Shown here one piece after another: positions 52,933 to 64,000 of a DNA stretch of 64,000 nt. Source of the DNA: Rickettsiales bacterium (GTDB taxonomy: Bacteria; Pseudomonadota; Alphaproteobacteria; UBA8366); the NCBI GenBank assembly GCA_038131165.1, contig JAYPOZ010000003.1, positions 26,678-90,677 of the forward strand, read 5' to 3'. The stretch's first letter is position 1. Every line of letters starts with the position of its first letter. The position numbers and the translations under genes are program-made. The notes below the pieces were generated by a model. That model saw nothing but the letters and a program-made list of their open reading frames with translations. It made no database searches and was not told the origin of the DNA.

Positions 52933-53901
52933 TTAAGCGTCGGGGGCGGGCTTCGGCAATTGCTCTCCAAGGCGGGCCCGATCCAGCGGCGCCAGTCGGT
53001 TCGCGGCGATGACCTCGCGCAACAAGTCGATGTAGTTCGTGCCCTCTTCCGAATAAGACCGCAATGTGGTGATCAGGTCGAAAGTATCCAGCTTCCGGCC
53101 CGCCTGCCGCATCGCGGCGCGCGTCGCGCGAAAACGGCGGTAGGCGCGATGGGTGTTCAGATTGTGAATATAAGAGCGGACCGAGCCGAATAAGTCCTCG
53201 AATGACCTGATCTTATAAGTCTCTCCATCCGGCCGATCTTTCGGAACGATGCCATTGAATTGCGCCGTCGTCCATTGTCCGAACGGGGCATTTCCTTCCC
53301 GTGTAAATCGGGACGTACCCCAACCGCTTTCGATCGCGCTTTGCGCCAATACTAAGGACACCGGCAACACGTCGACATGGATCAATAGCCTGTCAATATC
53401 AGGCTTCCGCAGCTTGTATTCTTTTGCAAGCGCCTTCAGAAACAACCGGTCCGCCTCCGGAAGAGCCCCGGCGCTCTGAAATTTTTCCTTCAATTCGTAC
53501 AACCGCGCCCGCCGCTCCAATACCTGCTCGTTCGCCTTCAGGACCAACGGCAACATCATCCGCAAAAACATCCGTTTGCGCTCGTGAGGTTGCTTGATCT
53601 GGCGCATGTCGTGCGGCACCGACGCCAGGAACAACGGTGGCACCATGCGCTCGCCGGCCCGAACCGCTTCGAGGTCATAGTTCATCTTGGCGAACATCTG
53701 CCGGAGTTTGGAGACCGAAGGGACGAAGGCGATATCCTTCGGCTTTATCAGACCTGCACGAAACTTTTCGGCGCCAAGTTGAGAGGGAGCAGGTATCACA
53801 AGCGCCCACACTCCCAAGCCGACCGCGCAAATCATCACGGCCATGACACCTGGCCACGCCCCCCCGACAGAGGCGAGTATTCGGTTTCCCTTACCCTGCA
53901 T
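52933..53901 (-). CDS. Glucosaminidase-domain protein (Bax/FlgJ C-terminal-like muramidase)
   Basis: N-terminal membrane anchor. LAQSAIESGWGTSRFTREGNAPFGQW catalytic region. Confidence 0.75.
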   Translation of the reverse strand: MQGKGNRILASVGGAWPGVMAVMICAVGLGVWALVIPAPSQLGAEKFRAGLIKPKDIAFVPSVSKLRQMFAKMNYDLEAVRAGERMVPPLFLASVPHDMRQIKQPHERKRMFLRMMLPLVLKANEQVLERRARLYELKEKFQSAGALPEADRLFLKALAKEYKLRKPDIDRLLIHVDVLPVSLVLAQSAIESGWGTSRFTREGNAPFGQWTTAQFNGIVPKDRPDGETYKIRSFEDLFGSVRSYIHNLNTHRAYRRFRATRAAMRQAGRKLDTFDLITTLRSYSEEGTNYIDLLREVIAANRLAPLDRARLGEQLPKPAPDA

Positions 53902-53951
53902 CGGGCAAATGCCCCTCTTCTTACCCGCCGGCGATAGCAGGTAACCTCATC

Positions 53952-54518
53952 CTACATTGCGGCTCGAACTTCGGTGACTTCCGGGATGTAGTGCTTCAGC
54001 ATATTCTCAATTCCCATCTTGAGCGTCATCGTCGAGCTTGGGCACCCCGCGCAGGCGCCGCGAAGCTGAAGATAGACGACCCCTTCGTCGAAACCTTCAA
54101 AAACGATATCGCCGCCGTCTTGCGCCACGGCCGGCCGCACGCGAGTCTCGAGCAACTCCTTGATCTGGACTACCACTTCCGTGTCCTCGACATCCGAAGT
54201 CGTCTTGTCGCCGGCAGTATCGCCCGGGACATCCGACATGATCGGCAGGCCCGTCGTCATGTGCTCCATAATGGCGCCCAAAACGGCAGGCTTCAAAACA
54301 TGCCATTCCTTATCCGCACTCTTGGTAATGGTGATGAAATCGCTGCCGAGAAAGACGGCCGCAACACCATCAATGCCGAAAAGGCGCTCCGCCAAGGGCG
54401 AACGGCCAGCGGCGTTTTCGGAATCGGTGAAATCCGCCGTTCCCGAAGTGAGCACCGGGCGGCCGGGAAGAAATTTCAGCGTCGCCGGGTTTGGCGTCTG
54501 TTCGGTCTGTATAAACAT
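53952..54518 (-). CDS. NifU/Nfu-type Fe-S cluster carrier (Nfu_N plus NifU C-terminal domain)
   Basis: MFIQTEQTPNPATLKFLPG N-domain. C-domain CAGCPSS (CxxC) with TLKMGIENMLKHYIPEV. Confidence 0.85.
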   Translation of the reverse strand: MFIQTEQTPNPATLKFLPGRPVLTSGTADFTDSENAAGRSPLAERLFGIDGVAAVFLGSDFITITKSADKEWHVLKPAVLGAIMEHMTTGLPIMSDVPGDTAGDKTTSDVEDTEVVVQIKELLETRVRPAVAQDGGDIVFEGFDEGVVYLQLRGACAGCPSSTMTLKMGIENMLKHYIPEVTEVRAAM

Positions 54519-54589
54519 TCAGTGACTCCTCGAGAGGCTCCATACCTCTGACAGGGTTTTCCTATAAGTGGGTTTTCATAGACAGGCGA

Positions 54590-55108
54590 TCAAGTGATCG
54601 CATCGATCTCTTCCTCGCTCAAGGAGCCGGGCACGATGGTAATGGGGACATGCAGCCGGCGAACCCCTTTGTTCATAACGTAATTAATGATCGGACCCGG
54701 TCCGCTGGCTTCGGTGCCCGCCGCCAGGACCAAAATAGAGATTGTTGGTTCCTCATCCATCAAATTGAAGAGCTCTTCACTCCGGTCGCCTTCCCTAATG
54801 TAGAGAATCGGCACTTTGCCCGTCTTGCGCTGAACCTCCGCGGAATGCCGTTGCAACAGTTCCTCTCCTGCCTCGCGCGCTTCTTCGCGCATCAAGTCGC
54901 CAACCGCCATCCAATGCTGAAAATCCGCCTTCTCGGGCACGTAAAACAAGGCCACGCGGCCATCCGTATGACTGGCCCGCCGGCAAGCGAAATGCAGAGC
55001 GACGGGCATCTCCTCGCTGTCGTCGACGACGACGAGAAATATCCGCTCTGGCACCGTCTCCTCCGACGTCCCATCGGACGCCGAGCCCAAATTTTTATTC
55101 TCCGGCAT
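54590..55108 (-). CDS. Universal stress protein family protein
   Basis: IFLVVVDDSEE...ILVLAAG...VPITIVPG is the Usp alpha/beta pattern. Confidence 0.7.
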   Translation of the reverse strand: MPENKNLGSASDGTSEETVPERIFLVVVDDSEEMPVALHFACRRASHTDGRVALFYVPEKADFQHWMAVGDLMREEAREAGEELLQRHSAEVQRKTGKVPILYIREGDRSEELFNLMDEEPTISILVLAAGTEASGPGPIINYVMNKGVRRLHVPITIVPGSLSEEEIDAIT

Positions 55109-55176
55109 TTACGCTCCCCCGTACCCGGATATCCTGCCATCGAACAGAGCGCGCGTCTATCTCGGAGAACGCTCCG

Positions 55177-56175
55177 TTAATCCCGAAGAAATCCGACCGT
55201 CTCGAACACTTCCGCCAACACCGGCCGGGAAAGGGCGCGCGCCCGCTCCCCGCCATTGCTCAGAACCGCATCGATTTCGTCGGGCTCTGCCAGCAATCGC
55301 TGCATTTCTTCGCCGATTGGGCCCAACTGGCCGACCGCCAGTTCTGTCAGGCGCTCCTTGAATCCGGAAAATGGCAGGCCCCCGACCTCGGCAATCACCG
55401 ACTCGGGAGAATTGTCGCTCAACGCCGCGTATATGCCGACAAGATTCTCCGCCTCGGGACGGCCCGCGAGCCCCGCGAGGTCGCTCGGCAAGGGTTCGGG
55501 GTCTGTCTTGGCGCGCCGAATTTTCTTGGCGATCTCGTCCGGCCCGTCGTTCAAATTGATACGGCTATATTCGGAGGGGTCCGACTTCGACATTTTCTGA
55601 CTGCCGTCACGCAGCGACATCACCCGACTCGCGACATCCAGTATGATCGGCTCGGGCAGGGGAAACACGTCGGCCTTGAAGTCCGAGTTGAATTTCTGCG
55701 CGATATCGCGGGCCAGCTCCAGATGCTGTTTTTGATCGTCGCCGACCGGCACATGGGTTGCCTTGTAGGCGAGAATATCGGCGGCCATGAGGACCGGATA
55801 ATCATACAGTCCGATCGATGCGTTCTCGCGGTGCTTGCCGGCCTTCTCCTTGAATTGCGTCATCCGATTCAGCCAACCAAGCCGGGCCACGCAATTGAAA
55901 ATCCACGCCAATTCCGCATGATCCGGATTGCGACTTTGGTTGAAAATGATGTTCCGCTTGGGATCGATTCCCGACGCGATGAACGCCGCCGTCACTTCCC
56001 GGGTGCTGGCGCGCAACTCAGCGGGATCCTGCCATACGGTAATCGCGTGCAGATCGACGACGCAATAGATGCACTCGTAGCTTTCCTGCAGGCGCACCCA
56101 ATTGCGGATGGCGCCCAAGTAATTGCCGAGATGTAGATTGCCGGTGGGCTGAATGCCCGAAAAAATTCGATCCAT
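55177..56175 (-). CDS. trpS: Tryptophan--tRNA ligase
   Basis: ORF 55177..56241 trimmed to [22 protein letters not shown] (HIGH-type motif). KMSKS motif present. Confidence 0.95.
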   Translation of the reverse strand: MDRIFSGIQPTGNLHLGNYLGAIRNWVRLQESYECIYCVVDLHAITVWQDPAELRASTREVTAAFIASGIDPKRNIIFNQSRNPDHAELAWIFNCVARLGWLNRMTQFKEKAGKHRENASIGLYDYPVLMAADILAYKATHVPVGDDQKQHLELARDIAQKFNSDFKADVFPLPEPIILDVASRVMSLRDGSQKMSKSDPSEYSRINLNDGPDEIAKKIRRAKTDPEPLPSDLAGLAGRPEAENLVGIYAALSDNSPESVIAEVGGLPFSGFKERLTELAVGQLGPIGEEMQRLLAEPDEIDAVLSNGGERARALSRPVLAEVFETVGFLRD

Positions 56176-56250
56176 GGTTCCCTCGTTTTGGACACGGGGC
56201 AAAAAGCGCGGTGTTATCGCCGTTCCCACCGAAGCGGTCAAGGTGGGGTT

Positions 56251-57810
56251 CTAAGCGTCGGGCGACTGCCGGCGAAACAATGCCCGCAGCTCCGAGAGGC
56301 GCAACGCGCCCAAGAGGGTCGCCACCGCCGCATAAACGATAAGGCCGACGCCGACGAGGGCGCCCAGGGCCGATACCCGCTCGACAGCGGCCCCCGCCAA
56401 CCACGGGGCGAGTCCAATCGCCGCCCCGAAAAGAGCGGCGGCCATGGCCAGCACCGCCAGAAAGGCGCATCCTGCATTCCGGCGCAGCCGCTTGTCGGTC
56501 CGGAACTCCCCGCGCCGATGCAGAACAAATCCGAGAGAGAACGCGTTAATCCATGCGGAACACGCCGTCGCCAAGGCGATTCCCACATGTGCGAGAAACT
56601 GCATCAATACGACCGCAAAGGCGACGTTCAGAATCATGGCGCACACCGCAATCTTGACTGGTGTCGCGGTATCCTGGCGGGCGAAAAACCCCGGCGTCAG
56701 CGCCTTGATGAGGACATAGGCCGGCAAACCGACCGCAAATGCAGCCAACGCCGACGCGGTATTGGCCGTTGCTCGGGAATCGAAAGCGCCGCGCTCGAAC
56801 AGGACGGAGACGATCGGCTCGGCGATGACCATCAGCGCCGCCGCCGCCGGCAGAGTCAGCAGGAGAGCATACTCAATCGCTCGGTTTTGGCTGTCCGCCG
56901 CTCCCGCCCGGTCGCCGCTTGCGAGTTGACGCGTCAACAAGGGCAGCAAAGCCACGCCCACGGCCACCCCAACAACACCGAGCGGCAACTGATTGACCCT
57001 GTCCGCAAAATAGAGAAAGGAGACCGACCCTTCCTGCAGGGTCGACGCCAGAATCACATCGACGACGAGATTGATTTGGACCACCCCCGCGCCGACGATT
57101 CCAGGCGCCATCAGCCGCATCAGACGCCGCACGCCGGGCGTAAGTCGGGGGCGCGGCAAACGAAACAGCAAACCGGCGCGGGCGCAGGCGGCGGCGATCC
57201 AAATCAGTTGTCCGATCCCAGCGGCGGTCACCGCCCAGGCGAGGCCAAAGCCCGCATGGGGTACGATATCGACTTGAATCAGCACAAGCGCCGAAATCAA
57301 TACGATGTTCAGCAAGATCGGGGCGGCGGCGGTCGCCGCAAACCGTTGCAGTGTGTTCAGCATCCCGCCCAGCAGGGCAATGAGCGCCATAAAGGTCAGG
57401 TAGGGAAAGGTGATGCGGGTCAGCTCGATGGTCAGCGCGAATTTTTCCGGCTGGTCGGCAAACCCCGGGGCAATCGCATACATCAACCACGGCATGAACA
57501 ATACCGCCAAGACCGTAAAGATCATTAAGGCGGAGATCAGCACCGCCGCCGTCTCAGCAGCGAAGTTCCGGGCGGCGGCGTGTCCTTCTTTGGTGAGACG
57601 GTCGCCAAACAGCGGCACGAAGGCCGCATTGAACGCGCCTTCGGCAAACAGGCGGCGGAAAAAATTGGGAAACTTGAACGCGACGAAAAAGGCATCGGCG
57701 ATCAGGCCGGCCCCCAGTGTTCCCGCCATCAAAATGTCACGAACAAATCCGAGGATCCGGCTGCCCATGGTCCAGCCGCCAACCGTCGCAATCGAGCGGA
57801 AGAGAGACAT
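56251..57810 (-). CDS. murJ: Lipid II flippase MurJ (MviN)
   Basis: 519 aa and polytopic. SRILGFVRD...GAFNAAFVPLF N-terminal signature. Confidence 0.92.
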   Translation of the reverse strand: MSLFRSIATVGGWTMGSRILGFVRDILMAGTLGAGLIADAFFVAFKFPNFFRRLFAEGAFNAAFVPLFGDRLTKEGHAAARNFAAETAAVLISALMIFTVLAVLFMPWLMYAIAPGFADQPEKFALTIELTRITFPYLTFMALIALLGGMLNTLQRFAATAAAPILLNIVLISALVLIQVDIVPHAGFGLAWAVTAAGIGQLIWIAAACARAGLLFRLPRPRLTPGVRRLMRLMAPGIVGAGVVQINLVVDVILASTLQEGSVSFLYFADRVNQLPLGVVGVAVGVALLPLLTRQLASGDRAGAADSQNRAIEYALLLTLPAAAALMVIAEPIVSVLFERGAFDSRATANTASALAAFAVGLPAYVLIKALTPGFFARQDTATPVKIAVCAMILNVAFAVVLMQFLAHVGIALATACSAWINAFSLGFVLHRRGEFRTDKRLRRNAGCAFLAVLAMAAALFGAAIGLAPWLAGAAVERVSALGALVGVGLIVYAAVATLLGALRLSELRALFRRQSPDA

Positions 57811-57871
57811 GTGCGGGTTCTAGAAATCAACTGCGGTAAAAATATGGCCGCCCGAGCGTTGCATCGCTTGC

Positions 57872-60682
57872 CTATTCCGCCGCAGCTGCGGACTTTGCGC
57901 CTTCCGGTTTCGCGCGTTTGACGCGCTTGCCGGGTTTGGCAGCGGCGGGCTTTGCGGCCGTGTCTTCAAGCGCCGCAAGCAAGGCCTCGCGAATCGACTT
58001 GAGCTTGCCTTCATGCTCCACCTTCATGCCGAAAATATCTTTGACGTAGAAAACGTCGACAACCTCCTCGCCGTAGGTCGAGATTTTGGCAGACGCAATT
58101 TGCAGACCTTGATCCGAGAGCGTGCGGGTCAAGTCATAGAGCAAGCCGGCACGGTCGCGGCCATTGATTTCGACAACCGTCCGAGTGTTGGACGCTTTAT
58201 TGTCGATCAGCACCCGCGGCGAGACCGTGAAGACTTTCGTCCGGCTGGGAAGGGCCGATATTTTTTTTAGTTCTACCGAGGGTCTCAATTCGCCGGCAAT
58301 TGCCTTCTCCACATTCGCCAGAATTCTGTCCAGCTTCGACGGTTGGGAAATCGCAGCTGCCGCCTGATCCTGTATCCAGAAACTGTCGAGCGCCATTCCG
58401 TCATTCAAGGTGTTGATGCGCGCATCCACAATATTGACGCCCGAGACCGCCAACCCTCCGGCGATGGCGCTGATCAGTCCCGGATGATCCGCCGCGTAGA
58501 CCGTGATTTCGGTGACCGCCTTATAGGTATCGACGCGCCGGTCGAAGGCGATCGACAGGTTCTTTTGCTGTGCATCGCGCACGAAGCTCGCATGCCGTAC
58601 CAACGATTCCGTATCGAACGCCAGCCAAAACCCGGGAGGTCCCAGATCGCGAAAACGCCCGAACGCTTCGTCGCTCCAGTCGGGCAGGCCTGCGCGAACG
58701 CGTTCCTGAGCCTCGGTGACCGCCCGGTCGCGCCGGTCGGCGGCCAGGCCGCCCGTCAGGACATCTTCGGTCCGATAATAAAGCTCCCGCAGCAGGGAAG
58801 CTTTCCAGCCGTTCCAGCGGCCTGGGCCAACAGCGCGGATATCCGCCACCGTCAGGCAGAGAAGCAACCGCAGCCGTTCCGGTGATTGCACGAGTTCGGA
58901 AAAATCCGCAATCGTCTTCGGATCGGAAAGGTCCCGCTTAAAGGCCGTATTGCTCATCGCCAAGTGCTGCTCCACCAGCCAGCAAACGGTCTCCGTCTGC
59001 TCCGGTGTCAGGCCCAGCCGCGGGCACAGCTTGCGGGCCACCTTTGCGCCGAGTTTCGAATGGTCGCCACCGCGACCCTTGGCGATATCGTGCAGCAGGA
59101 CAGAAGCATAAAGCACCTCCCTCGACTGCACCTGGTGGATGATTTCCGTCGAGAGCGGCAAATCGTCGGAGAGCGTGCCCTGTTCGATCTTGTTCAGAAT
59201 GCCGATCGCCCGGATCGTATGCTCGTCCGTGGTATAAACGTGGTACATGTCGTACTGCATCTGTGCGACCACCCGTCCGAAGTCGGGGATGAACTTCCCG
59301 AAGACACCGGCCTCGTTGAGCCGCCGGAGCGTTTTCTCGGGATCGGTTGGCGACACCAACATTTTCATGAACAAAGCATTCGCGGCGGGGTCTTTTTGCG
59401 CCGTGCCGGTCAACCGTCTCAGGCTGCGGGTGATAAGATGCATCGCGTTCGGGTGAATATTCAGCTCGCGCCTCTGCGCCACTTCGAACAGGCGGAGCAT
59501 TTCAGTCGGCTTGTCCTTGAAATGATCTCTTGAATCCACATTCAGCCGCCCGCCCTCGATCTTGAAGCCTTCGATCTCGCGCGTGAACAGGCCCATTCCC
59601 GGCAATTGAGACGTCCAGCTTCTTTGATGGCGCGCTTCCAGGGACGCACAGAAAATCCGGGTGAGGTTGCCGACGTCCTTCGCTATCAGGAAGTAATGTT
59701 TCATGAACCGCTCGACACCGGAGACGCCCTCTCGGTCGACATATCCCATGAGCCGCGCCAGTTCCGGCTGAAGGTCGAAGGTCAGGCGCTCTTCTGCCCG
59801 GCCGGTGACGTAATGGAGATGGCAGCGCACCGTCCAAAGGAACTTCTGCGCTTTGTCGAACTGAGCCAATTCCGCTTTCGAGAATACCCCTTCTTCACGG
59901 AGCTGATCGATGCTCTCGCAGCGATAGAGGTATTTGGCGATCCAAAACAGCGTGTGCAGATCGCGCAGCCCGCCCTTGCCGTCCTTAATATTCGGCTCCA
60001 ACACATAGCGCGAATCGCCGAGCCGCTCGTGGCGCTCGTCCCGCTCTCTCAGCTTCGCCTCGACAAACTGGCCTTTGCCTTTCACGACCTCCTGAAAGAA
60101 ACGGGCGCGCAATTCGTTGTGCAGCTCTTGCACACCCCAGATATATCGGGATTCGAGCAGACCTGTCCGGATCACCATGTCGTCATGGGCTTGCCGGATG
60201 CAATCGTCCACGGAGCGGGTCGCATGCCCGACCTTCATGCCGAGGTCCCAAAGCGTATAGAGGACATGCTCAATGACCTGTTCGTTCCGTGGTGTCGGCT
60301 TGTAGGGCAGCAAGAACAACAAATCGATATCGGACCGGGGCGCCAATTCGCCGCGTCCATATCCGCCATAGGCGACGACGCACAGCTGATCGGCCGATGT
60401 CGGATTGGCCGCTCGGTATAGACGGTTGACCGCAATATCATGGATCACCCGGATCAGCTGATCGATCAGAAAGCAGTGACCTCGCACCGCGCGCTCGCCG
60501 TCCTGATCGTTCTCGAACCGCTCGCGAATTTCACCGATTCCGACGTCCAAGGCCTGGCGATATACGTCGAGCACCGCAGGCGCCCGCTCGGCCTCGGACA
60601 GCTCGCTTTCCAGCACCATCTCGACGCGCTCCTGCAAGGAAATGCGGTCGATGATTGCTCTTTTCTGATGCAACTGATCCAT
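57872..60682 (-). CDS. glnD: Bifunctional [protein-PII] uridylyltransferase/uridylyl-removing enzyme
   Basis: ORF 57872..61066 trimmed to MDQLHQKRAIIDR (ATG comp. 60680-60682); the upstream extension overlaps mutS. NTase GGYGRGELAPRSDIDL, HD domain LLHDIAKG, two C-terminal ACT domains. Confidence 0.92.
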   Translation of the reverse strand: MDQLHQKRAIIDRISLQERVEMVLESELSEAERAPAVLDVYRQALDVGIGEIRERFENDQDGERAVRGHCFLIDQLIRVIHDIAVNRLYRAANPTSADQLCVVAYGGYGRGELAPRSDIDLLFLLPYKPTPRNEQVIEHVLYTLWDLGMKVGHATRSVDDCIRQAHDDMVIRTGLLESRYIWGVQELHNELRARFFQEVVKGKGQFVEAKLRERDERHERLGDSRYVLEPNIKDGKGGLRDLHTLFWIAKYLYRCESIDQLREEGVFSKAELAQFDKAQKFLWTVRCHLHYVTGRAEERLTFDLQPELARLMGYVDREGVSGVERFMKHYFLIAKDVGNLTRIFCASLEARHQRSWTSQLPGMGLFTREIEGFKIEGGRLNVDSRDHFKDKPTEMLRLFEVAQRRELNIHPNAMHLITRSLRRLTGTAQKDPAANALFMKMLVSPTDPEKTLRRLNEAGVFGKFIPDFGRVVAQMQYDMYHVYTTDEHTIRAIGILNKIEQGTLSDDLPLSTEIIHQVQSREVLYASVLLHDIAKGRGGDHSKLGAKVARKLCPRLGLTPEQTETVCWLVEQHLAMSNTAFKRDLSDPKTIADFSELVQSPERLRLLLCLTVADIRAVGPGRWNGWKASLLRELYYRTEDVLTGGLAADRRDRAVTEAQERVRAGLPDWSDEAFGRFRDLGPPGFWLAFDTESLVRHASFVRDAQQKNLSIAFDRRVDTYKAVTEITVYAADHPGLISAIAGGLAVSGVNIVDARINTLNDGMALDSFWIQDQAAAAISQPSKLDRILANVEKAIAGELRPSVELKKISALPSRTKVFTVSPRVLIDNKASNTRTVVEINGRDRAGLLYDLTRTLSDQGLQIASAKISTYGEEVVDVFYVKDIFGMKVEHEGKLKSIREALLAALEDTAAKPAAAKPGKRVKRAKPEGAKSAAAAE

Positions 60683-60726
60683 TCGGCAAGCTTCGCGCCG
60701 GACCAATGGAATTGCAAGTGCGAGAC

Positions 60727-63381
60727 CTATTCGTCCAACAGTCCCTTGATCCGATACAACGTTTCGAGCGCCTCGCGCGGTGTCAGGTCGTCGGGGTTCA
60801 CTTCGCGCAATGCCGCCTCCACTACCGTTGTCTTGGCGGCGGCGCCCGAAGGGCGCGGATCGGCCAGGCTGGCGAACAGCGGCAGATCCTCTGCCAAGCG
60901 CGCAATGGCACCAGAATGTTCCCCCTGCTCCAAGGTCTCCAAGACCTGTTCCGCGCGGCGGATGACTGGCGCCGGCAGGCCTGCGAGCCGGGCTACATGG
61001 ATGCCGTAGGAGCGATCCGCCGCGCCGGCGGCGACCTCGTGCAGGAACACCACGTCGCCCTGCCATTCCTTGACCCGCATCGTAAAGGGAACGCAGGCTT
61101 CCAGTCGCGCGGTCAACGCAACGAGCTCGTGGTAATGGGTGGCGAACAGGGCCCGGCAGCGGTTGGTTTCGTGGAGATGCTCGACCGCCGCCCAGGCGAT
61201 CGACAGCCCGTCGAAGGTCGCCGTCCCGCGTCCGATTTCATCCAAAATTACCAAGGAACGGTCCGTAGCCTGGTTCACGATGGCGGCCGTCTCGACCATC
61301 TCGACCATGAAGGTCGACCGCCCGCGCGCCAGATCGTCGGCAGCCCCTACCCGGCTAAAGAGACGGTCGACCACGCCGATATGCGCGGATTCGGCCGGCA
61401 CGTAACTGCCCATTTGAGCAAGGATGACGATGAGCGCGTTCTGGCGCAAGAACGTGCTCTTACCCGCCATGTTCGGCCCTGTCACGATCCAAAGCCGTTG
61501 GCTTTCCGAAAGATCGCACCCATTGGCGACAAAAGCCGCTTCGCTCGACGCCCCCAGAGCCGCCTCGACAACAGGATGCCGCCCGCCTTCGATGACGAAC
61601 GCCGTCGACGCGTCGATGCGGGGCCGCGTATAGCGACGCTCCGCAGCCAAAGCCGCCATGCCGGCAGCAAAATCCAGCCGCGCCATCGCGGCGGCGGCAA
61701 CCGCGATCGCACCCGCCTGTTCCAAGACTTCCGCAACCAGCTTCTCAAAAAGCGCCAACTCGACGGCCAGCGCTTTATCTGCCGCTTCCGAGATCGAGCG
61801 CGCGAGATCGCCGAGTTCGGCCGTCGAGAACCGCATCGCATTCGCCATGGTCTGGCGATGAATGAACGGTTCGCCCATCTTCTCGGCATGGCGGGCGGTC
61901 ACCTCAATAAAATAACCGAGCATGTTGTTGTGCTTGATCTTGAGATTCTCGACCCCCGACAGGCCCCGGTAACGGGCCTCCAGTCCCGCGATCAATCGGC
62001 GGCTTTCGTCGCGCAGCTGCCGCAGCGCATCGAGGTCCCCGTCGAACCCCGCACGGATAAACCCGCCGTCGCGCGCCATCAGCGGCAGGTCGTCGGCGAG
62101 GGCTTGGCGCAGGCGATCGATCAATGCATCGTGGGTCCCGAGATCACGGTGAATCTCCGCGATTCCCTCCGGCCCCGAATCGCGATGTCCGATCTCCTCC
62201 CGCAGCGCCGCCGCTTGGACCAAGCCGTCCCGGATGGCGGCAAAATCTCGCGGACCGCCCCGACCGAGGCTGAGCCGCGACAGCGCTCGCTCCAAATCGG
62301 GGGCCGCCTTAAGCAAGGCACGCAACCGGTCCCGTAATTCGGGCGCTTCCAGAAAATAGCGCACCTGATCGAGCCGCGCTTCAATGGCCGCCGGGTCAGT
62401 CAACGGCGCGGCAAGCCGGGTTGCCAAAAGCCGCGCGCCCGGCCCGGTCACCGTGCGATCCACCACATGCAGCAAACTGCCGGGCTTGCCGCCGGACAAT
62501 GTCCGCGTGAGTTCAAGGCTGCGGCGCGTGGCGGCGTCGATTTCCATCAGCGCGCCGCCGGAAATATGCCGTGGCGCGCTCAGGCGCGGCAGTTTTCCGA
62601 CCTGGGTCAATTCCACGTAATCGACTAGCGCGCCGGCCGCGGCGAGTTCGGCCCGCGCGAAATCGCCGAAAGCGTCGAGAGCGGCGACGCCGTATACCGC
62701 CTCAAGGCGGCGTTGCGCATTCTCCGAATTGAACCGGGCATTGGGCAAGGGGGTCAGGGCGCTCCGCCAATCTTCAACAAGCGCCGCGCAGTCCGGCCGC
62801 TCGAAGAGTTTTTCCGGCAGTAGAAGCTCGCCGGGAGCGACCCGCGACAAGGCGGCGGAAAGATCGCTGTGGCCGAGCGGCTGGACCGTAAACTCGCCCG
62901 TCGACATATCGAGCCAGGCCAGCCCGAATGTACCCGCGACCTCGGTGAGCGCCGCCAGATAATTGTGGGTGCGCGCGTCAAGAAGGGTTTCCTCCGTCAG
63001 TGTACCGGGAGTCACCAGACGGATGACGTCCCGGCGCACCACCGCTTTCGACCCGCCGCGCCGTTTCGCCTCCGCCGGGTCTTCCATCTGCTCGCAGATC
63101 GCGACCCGGAAGCCCTTTCGAATGAGCCTTTCCAGATATCCGTCGAGCGCGTGCACCGGCACGCCGCACATCGGAATATCCTCGCCCTTGTGGCTGCCGC
63201 GTTTGGTCAGCGCGATATCGAGGGCAGCGGCAGCGGCTACCGCGTCGTCGAAAAACATCTCGTAGAAATCGCCCATCCTGAAGAACAGCAAGGCGTCCGG
63301 ATAGGCTTCCTTGTGCTGAAAGAATTGCACCATCATCGGCGTCAAGCCGACGGGTGCTTGTTGTGTGGCGGGTTTCGACAT
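60727..63381 (-). CDS. mutS: DNA mismatch repair protein MutS
   Basis: ORF 60727..63420; the probable start is [20 protein letters not shown] (comp. 63379-63381). [11 protein letters not shown], Walker [17 protein letters not shown]. Confidence 0.95.
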   Translation of the reverse strand: MSKPATQQAPVGLTPMMVQFFQHKEAYPDALLFFRMGDFYEMFFDDAVAAAAALDIALTKRGSHKGEDIPMCGVPVHALDGYLERLIRKGFRVAICEQMEDPAEAKRRGGSKAVVRRDVIRLVTPGTLTEETLLDARTHNYLAALTEVAGTFGLAWLDMSTGEFTVQPLGHSDLSAALSRVAPGELLLPEKLFERPDCAALVEDWRSALTPLPNARFNSENAQRRLEAVYGVAALDAFGDFARAELAAAGALVDYVELTQVGKLPRLSAPRHISGGALMEIDAATRRSLELTRTLSGGKPGSLLHVVDRTVTGPGARLLATRLAAPLTDPAAIEARLDQVRYFLEAPELRDRLRALLKAAPDLERALSRLSLGRGGPRDFAAIRDGLVQAAALREEIGHRDSGPEGIAEIHRDLGTHDALIDRLRQALADDLPLMARDGGFIRAGFDGDLDALRQLRDESRRLIAGLEARYRGLSGVENLKIKHNNMLGYFIEVTARHAEKMGEPFIHRQTMANAMRFSTAELGDLARSISEAADKALAVELALFEKLVAEVLEQAGAIAVAAAAMARLDFAAGMAALAAERRYTRPRIDASTAFVIEGGRHPVVEAALGASSEAAFVANGCDLSESQRLWIVTGPNMAGKSTFLRQNALIVILAQMGSYVPAESAHIGVVDRLFSRVGAADDLARGRSTFMVEMVETAAIVNQATDRSLVILDEIGRGTATFDGLSIAWAAVEHLHETNRCRALFATHYHELVALTARLEACVPFTMRVKEWQGDVVFLHEVAAGAADRSYGIHVARLAGLPAPVIRRAEQVLETLEQGEHSGAIARLAEDLPLFASLADPRPSGAAAKTTVVEAALREVNPDDLTPREALETLYRIKGLLDE

Positions 63382-63523
63382 CAGCGGGGAAATTAGCATA
63401 GGCGCGCCGGGAGCGCACAAGGCCTCTGAGAAATAAACAACACCAAGCAGCGCAATCAGTTGAAAATACTTCGTCGATGCGGAATGCTATCGCCTCAAAC
63501 ATTGGGATTAGGAAAAACAATAG

Positions 63524-64000
63524 ATGGCCGACCAGTCCACGCTTCGGGAAGACGCCCTACAATTTCATGTCGGCGGCCGCCGGCAAGGCAAGATCGAGAT
63601 CAGCGCGACGAAACCGCTGACAACTCAGCGCGACCTGGCGCTCGCCTACTCGCCGGGCGTCGCCTATCCCTGCCTGGAGATCGAAGCCGATCCCGCCACG
63701 GCTTACGACTACACGGCAAAAGGCAACTTTGTCGCCGTGATCTCGAACGGCACGGCAGTACTCGGTCTCGGCAATATCGGCGCCTTGGCCTCGAAGCCGG
63801 TCATGGAAGGCAAGGCGGTTCTCTTTAAGCGCTTCGCCGATGTCGACGGAATCGACATCGAGGTCGCCACCGAGGATGTCGACGAGTTCGTGAATTGCGT
63901 CAAGCTGATCGGCAACAACTACGGCGGCATCAATCTCGAAGACATCAAGGCCCCGGAATGTTTCCTGATCGAGGAACAGTTGAAAGAGCTGCTCGACGTG
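63524..64000 (+). CDS. maeB: NADP-dependent malic enzyme, N-terminal 159 codons (runs off the right edge)
   Basis: Not in the ORF track because there is no stop in the window. ATG 63524 reads [53 protein letters not shown]...[33 protein letters not shown], the typical MaeB N-terminus. Divergent from mutS. Confidence 0.85.
   Translation, partial: MADQSTLREDALQFHVGGRRQGKIEISATKPLTTQRDLALAYSPGVAYPCLEIEADPATAYDYTAKGNFVAVISNGTAVLGLGNIGALASKPVMEGKAVLFKRFADVDGIDIEVATEDVDEFVNCVKLIGNNYGGINLEDIKAPECFLIEEQLKELLDV

Noticed and set aside
60655-62337. 560-aa plus-strand ORF antisense to mutS. Similar long antisense ORFs occur at 8613..9548, 10602..11726, 46459..47745, 56188..57528, 29330..30250 and 50802..51839.
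   Set aside because: All lie opposite genes with strong family signatures and have Arg/Gly/Pro-rich composition with no motifs. I treat them as non-coding frames.

Overview
This is a 64-kb stretch of a GC-rich (roughly 60%) alphaproteobacterial chromosome. The lineage call rests on Irr, MucR/Ros, a RegB/ActS-type kinase, a fused YlxR-L7Ae protein and lnt-HTH-metK-trmB synteny. I call about 66 protein-coding genes. They are densely packed, many with 1-14 nt overlaps, and almost all are core housekeeping.

Main blocks:
- regB/regA-like two-component system at the left edge.
- A loose late-cobalamin neighbourhood: CobC-like phosphatase, cobD/cbiB and an unknown divergent partner.
- irr, then a rubrerythrin / Fe-S oxidoreductase / DUF3501 module.
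- coaBC-dut-rrf2-cysK-moeB and ubiE-ubiB.
- rpsT-dnaA-dnaN-recF-gyrB, followed by fabA-fabB-fabI.
- An uninterrupted minus-strand block of about 33 kb: pnp, rpsO, truB, rbfA, infB, ylxR, nusA, rimP, trmB, metK, HTH, lnt, corC, ybeY, phoH, miaB, plsC, fur, mucR, rimI, tsaB ... trpS, murJ, glnD, mutS.
- The 5' end of maeB at the right edge.

I found no rRNA, tRNA, CRISPR array, transposase, integrase or phage gene. I do not see a convincing new defence or mobile system, and the window looks like ordinary core genome.

The items most worth a second look are regulatory or of unknown function:
1. A near-consensus Irr iron-control element abutting the promoter of the functionally uncharacterised rubrerythrin / HdrD-GlpC-like / DUF3501 operon, directly downstream of irr.
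2. The 535-bp rpsT-dnaA spacer, which has an AT-rich repeat-bearing core but almost no DnaA boxes.
3. A strong intrinsic terminator 11 nt upstream of the rimP start, a candidate attenuator of the nusA-infB operon.
4. A four-hairpin rpsO-pnp spacer.
5. An unknown 299-aa protein divergent from cobD.

All product calls rest on motif and family recognition by eye. No searches were run.
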